Shown here: piece after piece, positions 13,707-27,232 of the stretch | Layout: the number at the start of each line of letters is the position of its first letter | Position numbering within the stretch: the first letter of the stretch is position 1 | Origin: Octopus bimaculoides | Lineage: Eukaryota | DNA: 63,968 nt | Reading direction: 5' to 3' | Assembly: GCF_001194135.2 (NCBI RefSeq) | Contig: NC_068984.1 | Span: 5,686,530-5,750,497, forward strand | Made by a program: the position numbers and the translations under genes | The notes under the pieces: model-generated | Database searches by the model: none | What the model was told of the DNA's origin: nothing | What the model saw: the letters and a program-made list of their open reading frames with translations, nothing else

Positions 13707-14211
13707 CAAGTTTTTTTTTTTTAAGCTAAAGGATCTGTGTTCTCCTTCCTTTAAACTTTCTACTAATAAAAACCTTGATTTTTGTGTGTTGGACTTATAT
13801 TCTCCATTGCCACCATCCGGGCTGTTGTCGCCAATAGGTTCCAAATGGAATGGAAATGCTGTCCTCGATTCGTAAAACTCCCAAAACCTCAACCGCGTAC
13901 TAGAGAAACTTAACTTGGCAATTTAAACAAATGATGATACACACCTACAGTAATAACTGGACAACAATAACAAGAAGATGCTAACAAAGAAATTTAGAAT
14001 AGTTTATTGCCTTCCTATCGATGTTGATCAATCATTGCAGTAAAATGTGGGACTGAAATATTGTTCTCATGATTACATTCTCTTGTTTTTCACTTTTTAT
14101 ACACAATTATTGTTTTGTTTGTTTTTCCTTTTGCCATTGTGTTTGTTTCTTGTAATTATTATGATTATAGTTATTTCGCTGACAAACGAGTACAACATCT
14201 TATGACCTTCG

Positions 14212-14252
<41 letters not shown>

Positions 14253-16029
14253 TTACGAATGGGAAAAGCTTTCTTTTCAAACATTTGTATAGAAAATACG
14301 GCTGCTCGAATTTTGTCATTTCGTTATATCTATTACATAGCTCTTTATAAAAGAGCTCAAGTAAGTATATCGATACAGACAACCGAAACTGCCAAGCTTT
14401 CTGTTCACTATCTATCACAACCGCCTCAAATCTCACAACCATTTCTTACTCTTTTTCTCTCCGAAGACAATAAGTGTGAGAGAGAAAATTCTGACAGACG
14501 AGTAGGGTTGTCTATCTGCACCACGCCTGATGTAAGTATGCTTTTACAGGATCGATAAACTTGCTGTAATTAAGACAAATTTCCCTCAAATAATACTCTG
14601 ACTTCATAAAGGAAATATTAGACAATGCTATTTTTGACGTAGAAAGCATTGGGATAGTCACGGTTAGCTCGTCTTTTGTCACAGAACTGTTATATCAGGT
14701 CCAATCAAACTTATTTCGAGTTAACGAATGAAGACCATAACGCAGTTGACCCACATGCTAAAATTAGCTACTAAATTTCGCTCAAATCACACCCTGCCAA
14801 CATAAATCAGGAAAAGACACATGAACAATGTAAGGCCCTAAACCTATACCTTGATGTGGTGAAAAACCTTCTTTCCTGAGGTCGGTGCTGTCGAGATCCT
14901 CGTGTTCCCAGTAAGGTCACCTGCGACAACAAAGTAATTGTACTCCATCTCCTATATTCCGAAGAGTCAAAACTTCTAAATAAAAACGAAATATTAATGG
15001 TTGAGCTTTAGTCTGTACGTCTTTGAGGATTTTTCTGTGATGTATTTAAATTTATATATAAAATGTAATGCTTGCCAAATCCGGTAATCTTCTGCTGTTC
15101 TCGTTTCTGTTTAGCCCTAGGTCAGGCCTAATGCAACAGCCCTAAGTTCAAATGCATTCCAGTCGCGACCATTCCTTCTGTTATACATACCGTATATTTC
15201 TTTATCGAATGGATTTTGTTTTATAAGACACGTCAGTGTGACTTATGAGAGATTTGGCTACTATTTCTAGCAATTGTGTTACCCCGCTGTTGTCTTTTGT
15301 AATACTGTTTCTATATTGTATTTAACTAGGTCCATTTATTACACACCACTCCGTGTCTCCTTTTATATTTCACAACACATTCTCATGATGATTGATTTTT
15401 ATGTGTAAGTTACCCATTATTTATATCGCCGATTCCATGTATCATTTTAGTTTTCGTTATTGTATTTGTTTGTCAATATTCTTCATCGGATGTCATATAT
15501 TGAAGCAGACATCTTCGTACTTTGCGAGGTCAACTCTGGCAATAAAATCCACGAGTAGATTGAACCGGCAAAATCATTCGCCATCCAACTGTTTTCTGTC
15601 CTGTCCCCCCACCTCTCTCTCTCTCTCACTCTCTCTCTCTCTCTCACTCTCACTCTCTCTCTCTCTCTCTCAGACCACGATTGTTTCGCGAAAGACAGAC
15701 TAATCAATCAATAATTAATTAATTAATTACAACCAGTCCATGCCTTTTTATTGGTATAATAATCCTGCTACACAATAAAAATTATACTTAGTTAATTTCT
15801 CCAGCAGTCTGAGATATGCAATTTAGACTTAACACAGTTGATCTGAGAAGTCTAATTGCTAAAGAATGTGCAATTACTTGGAGAAAAAGCTCATAGGTTA
15901 ATTAATCATCATCACAAAAGTTGGATATAAACTAAATTCTTTATATGTAAACGTATCGGCTCTTGACGAGAAAATATATTAAAAACGTGTTAATTGCATA
16001 ATCAGAATCTATCAGAGGATGAAAAACAA

Positions 16030-16370
16030 TGGCGCAGGCATGGCTGTCTGGTTTAAGAAGTTGATTTTGCAAACACGGGGTATCTAGTTCAATCCCACTT
16101 CGCGGCACTTTTCGCAAATGTCTTTCACTATAACCTTGGACCGACCAATGCGCTGTGAATGAAGATCGTAGAGGGAAACTGTAAAAACGTGTGTGTGTGT
16201 GTGTGTAAAACGTATGCATGTCCTTGTTTGTGTGTGTGTGTTTATCTCATGCCTACCGCTTAGCAATCGGTGTTCCTTTGTTTGCGTCTCTAGGGGGTCG
16301 ATTTGTTCGACTAGAAACTTTCAAGGTGGTGCCCAGCCTTGGCTACAGTCCAAAACTAAATAAAACATTA
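16030..16370 (+). mobile_element. SINE family A, degenerate
   Basis: Head GGCGCAGGCATGGCTGT..GTTCAATCCC, internal (TG)n, tail GGTGGTGCCCAGCCTTGGC. Confidence 0.75.
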
Positions 16371-17394
16371 AGTAAAATATATTTAAAATCGATAAACTAT
16401 AGTTACCAACACTGCAACGTTAATCGGTAATCTCTGTTCCGATGCTGGTTTTTATCCATTATTTTCATTGTCCAATCTAACAAGTCCCACTGTCAAAATA
16501 TTATCTGCCACTAAAACAGTGTTTCATTGGTTTTCTTTCCATGATTGATCGACTGAGTGCCTGCTTTAGTAATTCAGAAACCACTCAAGGTAAGATTCAC
16601 AAGGAAACGCAATGTTTTTTAGTTTTGTTTTTGTTTTTTTTTCTCTCGAAATAAATGAAATATATAAGAAATGAAGAAGTAAAGACATTTTTATTTTCAA
16701 GATTTTGCTATTGTTTCGTCATACCGTATGAGTGTTAAGTAGAAATATATCTCAATTTTCCATGTCATACGGCGTGCAACTATAATTAGAGAAAGCAGGT
16801 AATGCTATAGGAATACGTCCCAAACAATTACTTTCAGATATTGGTAGCTAAAATAATAATGATAACATAATAGTAATAATAATAAACGTTCTTTCCTACC
16901 TACATTTTGCGTAACGCTAATGGAAGTCAGTCAGATAGAAGTGAGTAAGCAGTAATGGGAATGAAGGTGCTGGTGGTGAGTTTGGTGTTGCTGAATGAAA
17001 AAAGATATAGAAGTGTGTGTGTGTGTGGGGGTGAGAGAGAGGGGGGATTTAAACACGAGGAGGAAAGGAGCTAATAAAAATATGACAACATAGCAAAGTG
17101 TGTGACGTCAGTGAATTTTATTCATCTCATTTTCTGATTTTAACCCCTCCTCTTTCTCTCTGTTTAATTGAAGTCTTTTCAAAATTTTATCTTAGCATGT
17201 AAAATAATTATTTTACAACATGAACGAGACCGTGCTAATTTCTTCTGTATACCTGTATGTATATATATTTATGTAATTAAGTATTATGTAAGCGCGCCTG
17301 TGTTAAATATAAATACATATATAAACACTACACGCATGGTAGTGTGTAGATGTAAGGTCATACTTGTAGTTATAATAATATATAATTGTATTTG

Positions 17395-17710
17395 TGGAGG
17401 CTCAATGGTCCATTGGTTAGGTCGTAGGGTTGCGGTTTCGATTCCCAGACGAGGCGTTGTGAGTGTTTATTGAGCGAAAACACCTAAAGCTCCACGAGGC
17501 TCTGGCAGGGTGCGGTGGCGATCCCTGCTGTATTCTTTCACCACAACATTCTCTCACTCTTTCTTCCTGTTCCTGTTGTACCTGTATTTCAAAGGGGCCA
17601 GCCTTATCACACTCTGTGTCACATTGAATCTCCCCGAGAACTAAGTTAAGGGTACACATGACTGTGGAGTGTTCAGCCACTTGCACGTTAATTTCTCGAG
17701 CAGGCTGTGC
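17395..17710 (+). mobile_element. SINE family D
   Basis: B box GGTTTCGATTCCC; body TTCAAAGGGGCCAGCCTTATCACACTCTGTGTCAC..GTTAAGGGTACAC shared with 43430-43745. Confidence 0.75.
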
Positions 17711-17949
17711 CACGATATTAGTATTTATTTCTTACAGGAAGGTGGCCATGCTGGAGCCTTTAAGGGTTAAGTAAAGCTTTCGAATCCGAGTAGCTATTTT
17801 AAAATTTCGTTCTTATTTAATGACTGTGTATCAATGGAGGAACTGCAGTTGCAAATGGCTGACACACTCATCACCTCCTCATACACACGCACAATGATGG
17901 GCTTCCATATATTCTCTCCCCACCAAATTTCTCTCAAGACATCAACGAA

Positions 17950-18545
17950 GTGATTTCGGGCTCTCATTCACTGCGTGGCACCTTAGGCAAGCCTTGTACT
18001 AGGGCCTTCTACAAACTCCTATGAACGAATTTGGCAGGTGGAAACTGTGGAAAGCTGTCATTAAATCTATGGCTCCACGCACACGCACACACACACACAC
18101 ACACACGTACGTGTGTATATATATATATGAAAGAGAGATCCTACCATGTATGTGTGTATGTATATATATATATATATATGAAAGAGAGATCCTACCATGT
18201 ATGTATGTATGTATGTATGTCTATATATATATATATATATATGAAAGAGAGATCCTACCANNNNNNNNNNGTATATATATATATATATATGAAAGAGAGA
18301 TCCTACCATGTATGTATGTATGTATGTATGTATATATATATATATATATATATGAAAGAGAGATCCTACCATGTATGTCTTTGTGTATCACATCCCCATC
18401 GCTTGACCAACCGGTGTTGATTTGTTTCCATAAGTGAGCGGTTCAGCAAATGGCACCAATAGAATACGTAAGATGCTTCCTAAAAACAAAACCAAACCAA
18501 ACCAAAGCACGTAGAACACTGCTCTCTGTTTGTTCGACTAAAAGC
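17950..18545 (+). mobile_element. SINE family A with an expanded internal minisatellite; spans a 10-N gap (18261-18270)
   Basis: Family A 5' and 3' halves separated by five copies of (TA)n-GAAAGAGAGATCCTACCA-(TGTA)n at about 18110-18380. Confidence 0.75.
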
Positions 18546-18656
18546 GTTGAAGACGGTGGCCGAGCAAGGCTGCAGGTCAAAGACTGGAAGAAGCGGAAGA
18601 GAAAAGGTAAACAATAACGATTTAATGGTCTTCTATTAACTTCCAACATCTTACAG

Positions 18657-18757
18657 GTTTCTAAATATTCGTGGAATTTGCGCGGCTGCTGCTGGTATTG
18701 ATGCATATAATACATACGTTGGGACGCAGTCTCTGTCAGGCGTTTGTAATTATAACG
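18657..18757 (+). CDS. Candidate isolated internal exon (FLNIRGICAAAAGIDAYNTYVGTQSLSGVCNYN), product unknown
   Basis: cttacag acceptor, G|gttagt donor, 101 bp open in one frame. No partner exon or family recognised. Confidence 0.25.
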
Positions 18758-19059
18758 GTTAGTAGTATAAATGTATTCACATACATAGGTACAGAACAAT
18801 ACAATTTCTGTCGTATATTGGTGGTTATAACAGTTACTGGGAATATATTACAATCATCCACGTACAGGTAGATAACAATACAATTCCTATCGAATGTTAG
18901 TTGTGACAAAATACATTTACAACACGCAGATACAAAGCAATGTAATTTCTTTCATGTATTCGCTGTTAGAAATGTTAATAGTGACGAAGTCTATCCATAC
19001 ATACATAGATGCATAAGACAATGTATTCAGTGTTTATAATCGCAGTGACAACATACAAT

Positions 19060-19098
<39 letters not shown>

Positions 19099-19234
19099 AG
19101 AAACCAAATGCTGTTTGCTATTGGTGGTTATTAAGGTAGTCGTACAATGACATTCAAATACTGAATATTTTGCCAGCATTCCTATACGATGTGTTTAACA
19201 TTGTATCAAATATTCCTTGTCATTCTTGGTATAA

Positions 19235-19632
19235 GCAGGAGTGGCTGTGTGGTAAGTAGCTTGCTTACCAGCCACATGGACTTGGGTTCAGTCCCATTAC
19301 GTGGCACCTTGGGCAAGAGTCTTCGACTATAGCCTCGAGCCAACCAAAGCCTTGAGAGTGGATTTGGTAGACGGAAACTGAAAGAAGACCATCGTATATA
19401 TATATATATATATGTAATGTGTTTGTGTGTCTGTTTGTCCCCCCAAAATCGCTTGACAAGCGATGCTGGTGTGTTTACGTCCTCGTAACTTAGCGGTTTG
19501 GCAAGAGACCGATAGAATAAGTACTAGGCTTACAAAGAATAAGCTCTGGGGTAGATTTGCTCGACTAAAGACGGTGCTCCAGCATGGCCGCAGTCAAATG
19601 ACAGAAACAATTAAAACAATAAAAGAATAAGC
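19235..19632 (+). mobile_element. SINE family A, near full length
   Basis: GCAGGAGTGGCTGTGTGGTAAGTAGC head through CTCCAGCATGGCCGCAGTC tail. Confidence 0.9.
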
Positions 19633-21084
19633 AATTGACACAGTATTAAAACAAAATCATCATCGTTTTATTATACTAAATATCGATAAACCATTACAAG
19701 GCATGATACTGTGGAGTGTCTGATGTAAGATCTCTTCATAGCTTTGCATAAAAAGAAAAAAACACGGCATATATCGGTACGTGAAGAAGAAACGCATGTT
19801 ACCTTTTGTTGGGGCCTGTCAATGCCGTACATTGGATTGTTACCTGCTTACAAGAAAGTAATGCTTCGATATATAGGACACACTGAATAAACCATCACTG
19901 ATATTGCAGAAGCTTGCCGAGCTGTAGAAAAACTCGGTATATACAGCTGAAGCAACATGGAATCAAAATCGCGAAACCTGTGGAAATGTCTGAGATAACA
20001 TCTCTTCGTAGGTTGTTGTGTTAAAAATCAATATGTATATCGAAGCGCAAATTTTAACCCAGTGGCAATCATGTGCACCACAATGACAAGGCTCAACAAA
20101 GGTAAAACGCGCTTGCCATTCTCTTGACTCACTGCAGCGACTACGCTGTGCTTGATTCCATATTTATTGTTTTAATACAAGTGTGTGAACAGATTTTATC
20201 TCAGACAATTCAAAAGCTTTATATTTTCTAACACTGTGTATACCTTTAGTATTGTAGACATATGGCAGTGTGTTAATCTGTGACAGAAAATAATTCTACT
20301 CATCGGATTATATTCACTGTCATCTTGCTTTAATAAGCATAGGCATTCGTGTATGTACGTACCTACTTAGGCGTGCACACACAACTTTCCAAGCTCTTAA
20401 GATTTATGACACCAAGCACCTTTTTGTACGCGCACACAATGCTGGAGGTGAACTATAGTTGTACAGACAATATCGTTATTCCGGTCTCAAATATCAACAA
20501 TGAGACAAAGCCAACACAATATAAGGAGATTTGTACCTCTGCATTTTCGCAGTTGTACATCACCACTTCTTGTATCTCAACGGTTTAAGCCTCAGTCACT
20601 TATTTCTCGATAAATAATTCATATATGCACGGCGGTGTATCAGCATGGCCGCAGCTCTAAGCTGAAACAATAAAAAAAAAAAAAAAAAGAAAGGAAATAT
20701 TTTTATTTGATGTTATAGAATTGTAGACAGAAACAATATCAGTCTTAGAGCAAACACATTTAAAAGCAGGACACACATCTATTTTCATGCTGGTTTATGA
20801 TACGTTAGAAATAACCTCATCGTTTAAGTATACTTTGATTGATACATAGATACGCACACGCACATACACACGCTGTGGCTTGGGTAAAAACATATGGAAG
20901 CATTAAGAAAAACTGCTTAGCTCGTGAAAATGATGTACCATACGTGAACTGTCACAAAAATCCCAACTCTGCTCACAAGAGAAATTTAGAAGCTTATCAA
21001 ATGATTCCCTACAATTAAACCGGAAGACTGAACTTGTCTCATATTGTTGGCATAAGGATCGTGACAAATACGAAAGGATAACTC

Positions 21085-21280
21085 TGTGTGTGTGTGTCTC
21101 GCACTAACGCTTTACAATCGGTGTTGGTGTATGTCCCCGTAACTTAGCTGCTCGTCTATGAAGATCAATAGAATAAGTATTAGGCTTTTAAAAAATGACT
21201 GGAGTCGAGTCATTCGATTAAAGATTTTTTCAAGGCGTTGCCCCAGTATGAGCGCAGACTAATGACCGAAACAAGTAGAC
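21085..21280 (+). mobile_element. SINE family A, 3' half
   Basis: GTCCCCGTAACTTAGC..GATAGAATAAGTA..GGAGTCGA block. Confidence 0.7.
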
Positions 21281-22869
21281 GATAAGAGATATATATTTGC
21301 GTGCGCACTCGCGCAGAGGGTGAGACAGATGTGGATTCTTGCTTAGATGTTTCCTCACTTTCACATTCTAGCGTTGATGCTAGCGATTCCGGAATCCTCC
21401 ATGCACAGTTCCTACAATAAAACAAAGCATTTGAAGTCCACGTACTTTGCAAAATTGGGATGTGTCAAATGGTTAAACTATTCCAGTAGACTTTGGTTAA
21501 TTTTTTTTGTTTTGTTCTTTCTATTTTGTGTCCTTATCCGGCCTTTCAGAACTCTGTCTCGGTTTATCTTATGTTCTCCTCTTAGAGTCGTTCGGCATCG
21601 TTGTTGGATTTCAAATGGCTGAAGAGGTTATTACATATGGGTTGGAATTGGATATCTTCTCACTTGATGTTTCACAATAGACCGAATCCTTCTCACCGAA
21701 GAAGTTTCTCTTCCTAAGAAACAGGCTCTTTCTCGTGAGAGCTGACCACTTCAACGAAAAATGGTACCTCCACAAGAAATGAACCATCTACTCACGTTTT
21801 TAGTGCTTTTTCCGAATGTTATCCATTTTCTGCAGACCCTCTTCGATCCTCGCCTAGTCTCCATCATCAAAAGTAGATCACGAACGATCCCTACTCTGAG
21901 ATTCCATACAGTTTCCTAATCCTACATTTCACTTTGAACAAATAAGCACTTTCTTCCATAGGAAACATTTTACCAACTTTGGAATCGAACACGTAACCAC
22001 GTCACTACAAAGAGAAATTAACAAAACAACCATACATGTACCCATTAGAGAGTAAGAAATGATTAGACAGAGATTTGATTGTTATTTCTAGCAAATATTG
22101 CGACCAAAGGGCTGGAGTCGGTAAGTTCAGAGCAGGTTCACGTTTACATTTAGTTTCTACATCACAAAGGCAGCAATTTATTCCAAAACTCCATTATTAT
22201 TATGTTGTTCCCTTTACGTTATTTACTTCGAAGCAGATAAAATCTCGTCTTGTATCAGAAACATTAACAAATACTTGTTTTGTTTGTTTGTAGTTTGTGT
22301 CGTCATCTTTGTTGTTGTTGTTGTTGTTGTTGTTGTTATTAGTTACATGGAAATGTTTTTGTTGTTAGGTGTTACAGTCAGTTCCTGTTTAAGAGGAGTA
22401 GCTGTATGTTTGATCAGACACAGTTCAAACCGAAACGGTACAACCTTATAGCCTGGCTTATGACCAATTACCGCACAGATTCTTGCCGTTAAGTATTTGA
22501 ATATCACTCAGACATATTCGGAACTGGATGGAATGTACTAATTGTCAATAATGGTTAGCTATGTGAGGTTCAAAATGTGAAATAATACAGCTTATATGTT
22601 AGGACGGCAACAGATCATGTCTACATGACAGTTAACATACTTTGTAGAGTTACAATCAAAAGTGTATCTAATTTGCTTTCTAGCCGTATGAATAAGTGTT
22701 AACACGTCATTCCTCTCACTCGTCGAGCTTAAAACTCAACACTGATTAGTTCTACTGATAGCAGCCTTGTTTGCTTGTAAATCTACTTCACAAACTAAAC
22801 ACCTCGACATCTCTCTCCCCCTCTGTGCATGTGCGTGTGTGTGTGCGCACGCAAATATATATCTCTTAT

Positions 22870-23240
22870 CTTCAACTTGTTTCGGTCATTAGTCTACGGC
22901 CATGCTGGGGCATCGCCTTCATAAAAAAATCTTTAATCGAATGACTCGACTTCAGTAATTAATTTTTAAAGCTTGATAGTTATTTGATTGGTCTTATTTG
23001 CCGAGCAGCTAAATCATGGGGACATACACCAACACCGGTTGTATGGCAGCAGTGCGAAACACACGCACACACGCGCGCGATTGACTTCAAACAGTTTCCT
23101 TTCCGTCTACCAAATCTACTCACAAGGCTTTAGTCAGCGGTCCGAGGCTATAGAAGACATTTGCCCAAAGTGCCACACAGTGGCACTGAGCCATATTTTT
23201 TGGAAGCCGGCTTCTTACCGCATAACCATGTCTGCAGCAA
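22870..23240 (-). mobile_element. SINE family A, degenerate
   Basis: GGCCATGCTGGGGCATCGCC..TTTCCGTCTACCAAATCTACTCACAAGGCTTT. Confidence 0.75.
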
Positions 23241-23559
23241 TACGTATTAAAATGTGGACGGCAAAGATTCAATCATTCGATCAATTACAATAACATCTTT
23301 TTTTTTCAATTAATGTCTAAGATGCTGAGTATTTAATAGTCACAGCATCCATTCACGCAGTCATCCTCTACAATAATTGTAACTACATGTTGAGCTTCTA
23401 AATTACAGATATAGCCTTGAACATATTTACTCGGAGTTTCATGTGGCCAGTGTTCTGGTAACAAGGAACTCTAATGATCAGTCATTTATATATGTGTGTG
23501 TGTGTGTGTGTATTACAGGTGGCCATGTTGGGGCACCGTCGTTAGCTTAAATTCTTGTT

Positions 23560-24810
23560 TATTTCAGACTCATTTCCGGGTTCGTCTTGATGAAGGAGTG
23601 AGTTTGGCTGAGCTGCCCCTCTTTGCGCTTCTAGGAATCATGTGTGTTGGTTAATTTGTTAATTCAGCTTAAGACTTATCTAAATATTGTGAACAAATCT
23701 ACAACTCGTAGATCTCTAAGGTTTTTGGTAAAGACAGGAAAAGCTGTTAACCATTGAAACCTAAGCTGTTATGGCAACTTCTCTCTTGGGAGGAGGGCAT
23801 TGATTTTTTTCAAGTTTCTCCTAGTAGCTCATCTACAGCCCAAAGGTAATCTTCTTACTGTAATGACTCGAGTTTCGATGTTTGTTTAACGCTTAACGGC
23901 GCCCATAATTGGGGAGCAGTATCGAGGTGACAGAGTGCGAATGTCCTCAATGGGACTAACACGGTTTCCTTCTTTCCGTGTTCTGAATGATCTCAGAAAC
24001 CCACAAGTTAGTCATCTGCACATTGTTGCCATCTTCGTGATACGCACACGATACTTCACCATTTATGTAAATTCCCAAGTTACGCACAAACTCTGATCTC
24101 AGGATTGCTATAACCTCTAGTCCTGGGCTTTCTGACTGCAATCCCTTTGTGAGTCTGTAACGGAGTGCTAGAAATTTCTGAGTATTGAACTGCGTGTTTT
24201 CTTCAGCCCAATTAATATTGCCTTTCAGTTATGGTCAAGGTTCTTCATGGCTTGTGATGAATTTGTATCATCAGCGTAGATGATGAGATTGGTTGACTGT
24301 TAACTGATGTCTGAGAGAACAACCGTTAACAGTAGGGTCCCAGTACAGTATCCTAAAGGCCTGCACTCACTGTTCATGTTTCCCCAGAGAGACAGAACCA
24401 TTGGTTGCAAATATCTCATTTTTTTTAAACCTCTGCCAGCCACTGCCCTATTTCTCGAACCACACCCAGTCCCTGCAGTTTGGGATCATCTTCCTGTGAT
24501 TAGCTTTGCCGAAATCATTGGTAAAGTCGAAATACATCACGATCTGCTTTTGAATGATCGGATATCGTTTCTATCCAGTTATGTTGTAGTAGCTGTGTTA
24601 GGCAGTTACTTCCTGGGTGGAAGCCATGCTGCATGTTAGCGAAAAAGCTATTTTCTTCTAGAAACCTGCTTTCTTCTGACAATGCGTTTCTTTGTTTCGT
24701 TTACATGTGAAGTCATATGGATCGGTCTGTAATTTTTAAGCATCTGCTCTCGTTTCTCCTTTATAGATAGGTGCATATTATACCTTCTTTTAACATTTTG
24801 ATAAGGTTGC
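23560..24810 (-). mobile_element. Decayed CR1/L2-type LINE, reverse transcriptase to 3' end
   Basis: Minus frames give NYRPIHMTSH (about 24705-24735), QHGFHPG, DVMYFDF and LIIYADDT (YADD at 24267-24278), with many stops and frameshifts. Confidence 0.85.
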
Positions 24811-24839
24811 CACATGCAAGGGAAACTGTAAATGCAATA

Positions 24840-25075
24840 TTACAGGAAAAAGTGAACATATCTATCTACGTTGGGCACCCTATTTGATGGCATATAAAAC
24901 GTGCATTTTCTCCCCAAAAGAATGCCTTTAAAAGTTACCCCTTGTCTTGTATAAGAAGTTGCTTTAAATATTACGTGCTTTAATACGTTAAACTCTTTCT
25001 CCGCCGAGTATTCGCTGCTAAAATTGGGGTACATGTACCCGTGCTTCTTTCATGCCAAATCTATACGGTAATATA
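24840..25075 (-). mobile_element. Possible pogo/Tc1-type MITE end fragment
   Basis: Minus strand begins TACCGTATAGATTTGGCATG, resembling TACCGTA.. termini; the second terminus was not found. Confidence 0.3.
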
Positions 25076-26129
25076 TTTACACACATGTGTAAAAATCTGC
25101 GTGATTTTCTTTGATTTCTATTTCAAGGAAAAGGTTACATTGTAACAGTTAGGAAGTAAAAGAGGATTTCGACTCTAACATGTAGTTTGTCATCGATACC
25201 ATTGTTATTGATCTCTCCATATCGTAAATCATTTACTGCTCTTTCCTAGATGGAGGGCAACACAATCGACCGAAGCACATAAAATGTAAGTACGTTGATC
25301 AAATAACAAGAGGAGCAGTGGTTAAGGATGTTAATCTATCACTAACACAGGATATAATGTGTGTTAATGTTAGAGTTGTAACATTTAAGTAGATTTGATG
25401 GATTCATGAAGATTTTCAGAGACCACAGGAGTAGGGTTGCAATTTCGAGGTGATTTAGTTATACGAAATAAATTTGGTCTAAACCCAGATAGGGTTTATT
25501 AATTTGATTCGAAAGAGAGAGAAAGAGTCATTGATTCCAGGTTAGCTGCCAATGTAGGAATTGATCATTAATTATTAAATTTTGATCATTCATGTTAATC
25601 ATTAATTTTCGCTAGAAAATTTTCCCTTGGATGAAGTGTAAGATGGCGAAGAATAAAACGAATTCAATTCTTGCTGCTTTTGTTTAGAGCCAAATCAATC
25701 CCCGATCAAATAACTCATCGATAGTATTTCATCATTGACACTCCACGAGTCTTTTTTTTTACATCAACATCCAAACCGTCCAATATATCTTAATGTATTT
25801 AAGGAGACAAATTGTGGCTTTACTTTATGACTGTTATTTCTAGCATGTTTTTGAACGCGTATAGACCACCCTGTGATATGTTACCGTTCCCGGTAATGCG
25901 ATGATACGTCTCAATATTGAGTAATGATTCTTAATACCGATCAACACCCGTATCTCAGGTACCCGGAGAACAGTCTTTCAAAATATTCATCTCCTAAACG
26001 TCAGCTTGCTAGTTTCTTTCTTTCTTGCTCACTTTTCTTTCTCTTATTTAACTCTTTTTTTCCTGATCTTTTCCCCTTTCATTTATTCTTTCTTATGAAC
26101 GCTAATATTAATATTACCATTAAGGAAGC

Positions 26130-26540
26130 CGGCTGAGAGAATGGTTAGCACACCGAGCTAACGTCCATCTTTACGTTCTGAGTTTAAATTCCGCTGGGGT
26201 CAACTTTGCCTTTCATCTTTTTCGGAGTCCATAAACTAAGCATGTTTCGAGTTCGGGAAGTAGGATTGATGTAATCAACTCAAACATTTCCCCAACTGGT
26301 TGTCTTTGCATCACAATTTCAAATTATTATTATTATTGGCGAGCTGGCAGAATCGTTTGCTAGCATGGCAAAACGCTTAGCGGCATTTCGTCTGTCTTTA
26401 TGCTCTGAGTTCAACTCCGCTGCGGTCGACTTTGCTTTTCATCCTTTCGGAGGTCGATATAATCGACTCATCTCCTTCCCACCAAAAATGGCCGCCCTGT
26501 TGCAAAATTTGAAACCATTATTATTATTATTATTATTATT
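26130..26540 (+). mobile_element. Two tandem SINE family B copies, each ending in (TTA)n
   Basis: GGCGAGCTGGCAGAATCGTT..GAGTTCAA.TCCGC..GACTTTGCCTTTCATC; copies at about 26130-26335 and 26338-26540. Confidence 0.85.
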
Positions 26541-27212
26541 AAGATTTCTTGCCAATACAGAAAGAGCCGGTTTCTAACCAAGATCCAAGGCTCCTTCATT
26601 GGAATTTCAATATCAGCAACAGTATTTTTCTATGTATGTATGCAGATTTGTATGTTTTGCTTTATTTATGTATTCTAATGCATATCTAGACATGCTCATA
26701 TATATTTAAATGATAAACCTCTAGAAAGTTTTAATGATTTTTGCAGTGTCAGTGATAGACTGGATCTGTATTCTTCGAATTAGATTTCTCCATACGTATG
26801 TATGCATGTATGTATGTATGTATATGTGCAGATTTGTATATTTTGTTCTATGTATGTATACTAATGCATATAGCTGCCTATCTAGACATGCTCATGTGTA
26901 TTTAAATAGTAAACTTCTGGGAAGTTTTACAGTTCCAGGTATGGATTGGATCTGTAGTCTTCGAATTAGGTTTCTCAAAACCAGAAGGGAGGAAGCTGAT
27001 TTCTCTAGATTGGTATTTAAGCAGTGTCTTACATATCCCAGTGCCCCAATAATTACATGTATAAACCTGAACTTGTAATCTAGATAGAGTAACTGTAGAT
27101 TTCTCAATAGTTCAGCATAGGTATTCTCTCTTTCACTGCTCTTCAGCTTATTCACACAACTGTGCCACAGTTTCTCTTTTCTATCCCAAATCATTATATC
27201 AGGTTTGTTGAC
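26541..27212 (-). mobile_element. 3' end of an R4/Dong-type RLE LINE, 5'-truncated, with a tandemly duplicated C-terminus/3' UTR
   Basis: KPDIMIWDR..ENTYAELLRNLQLLY..FIHVIIGALGYV..RRLQIQSI (track ORF 26892-27194); second copy RRIQIQSITDT near 26710-26790; abuts (TAA)n on its own strand. Confidence 0.75.
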
Positions 27213-27232
27213 AATATCTCTTCTATATAAGG

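Noticed and set aside
15785-15890. Short imperfect hairpin (GCAATTTAGACTT..AAGTCTAATTGC)
   Set aside because: Short arms in very AT-rich DNA with no TSD or second copy found in the window.
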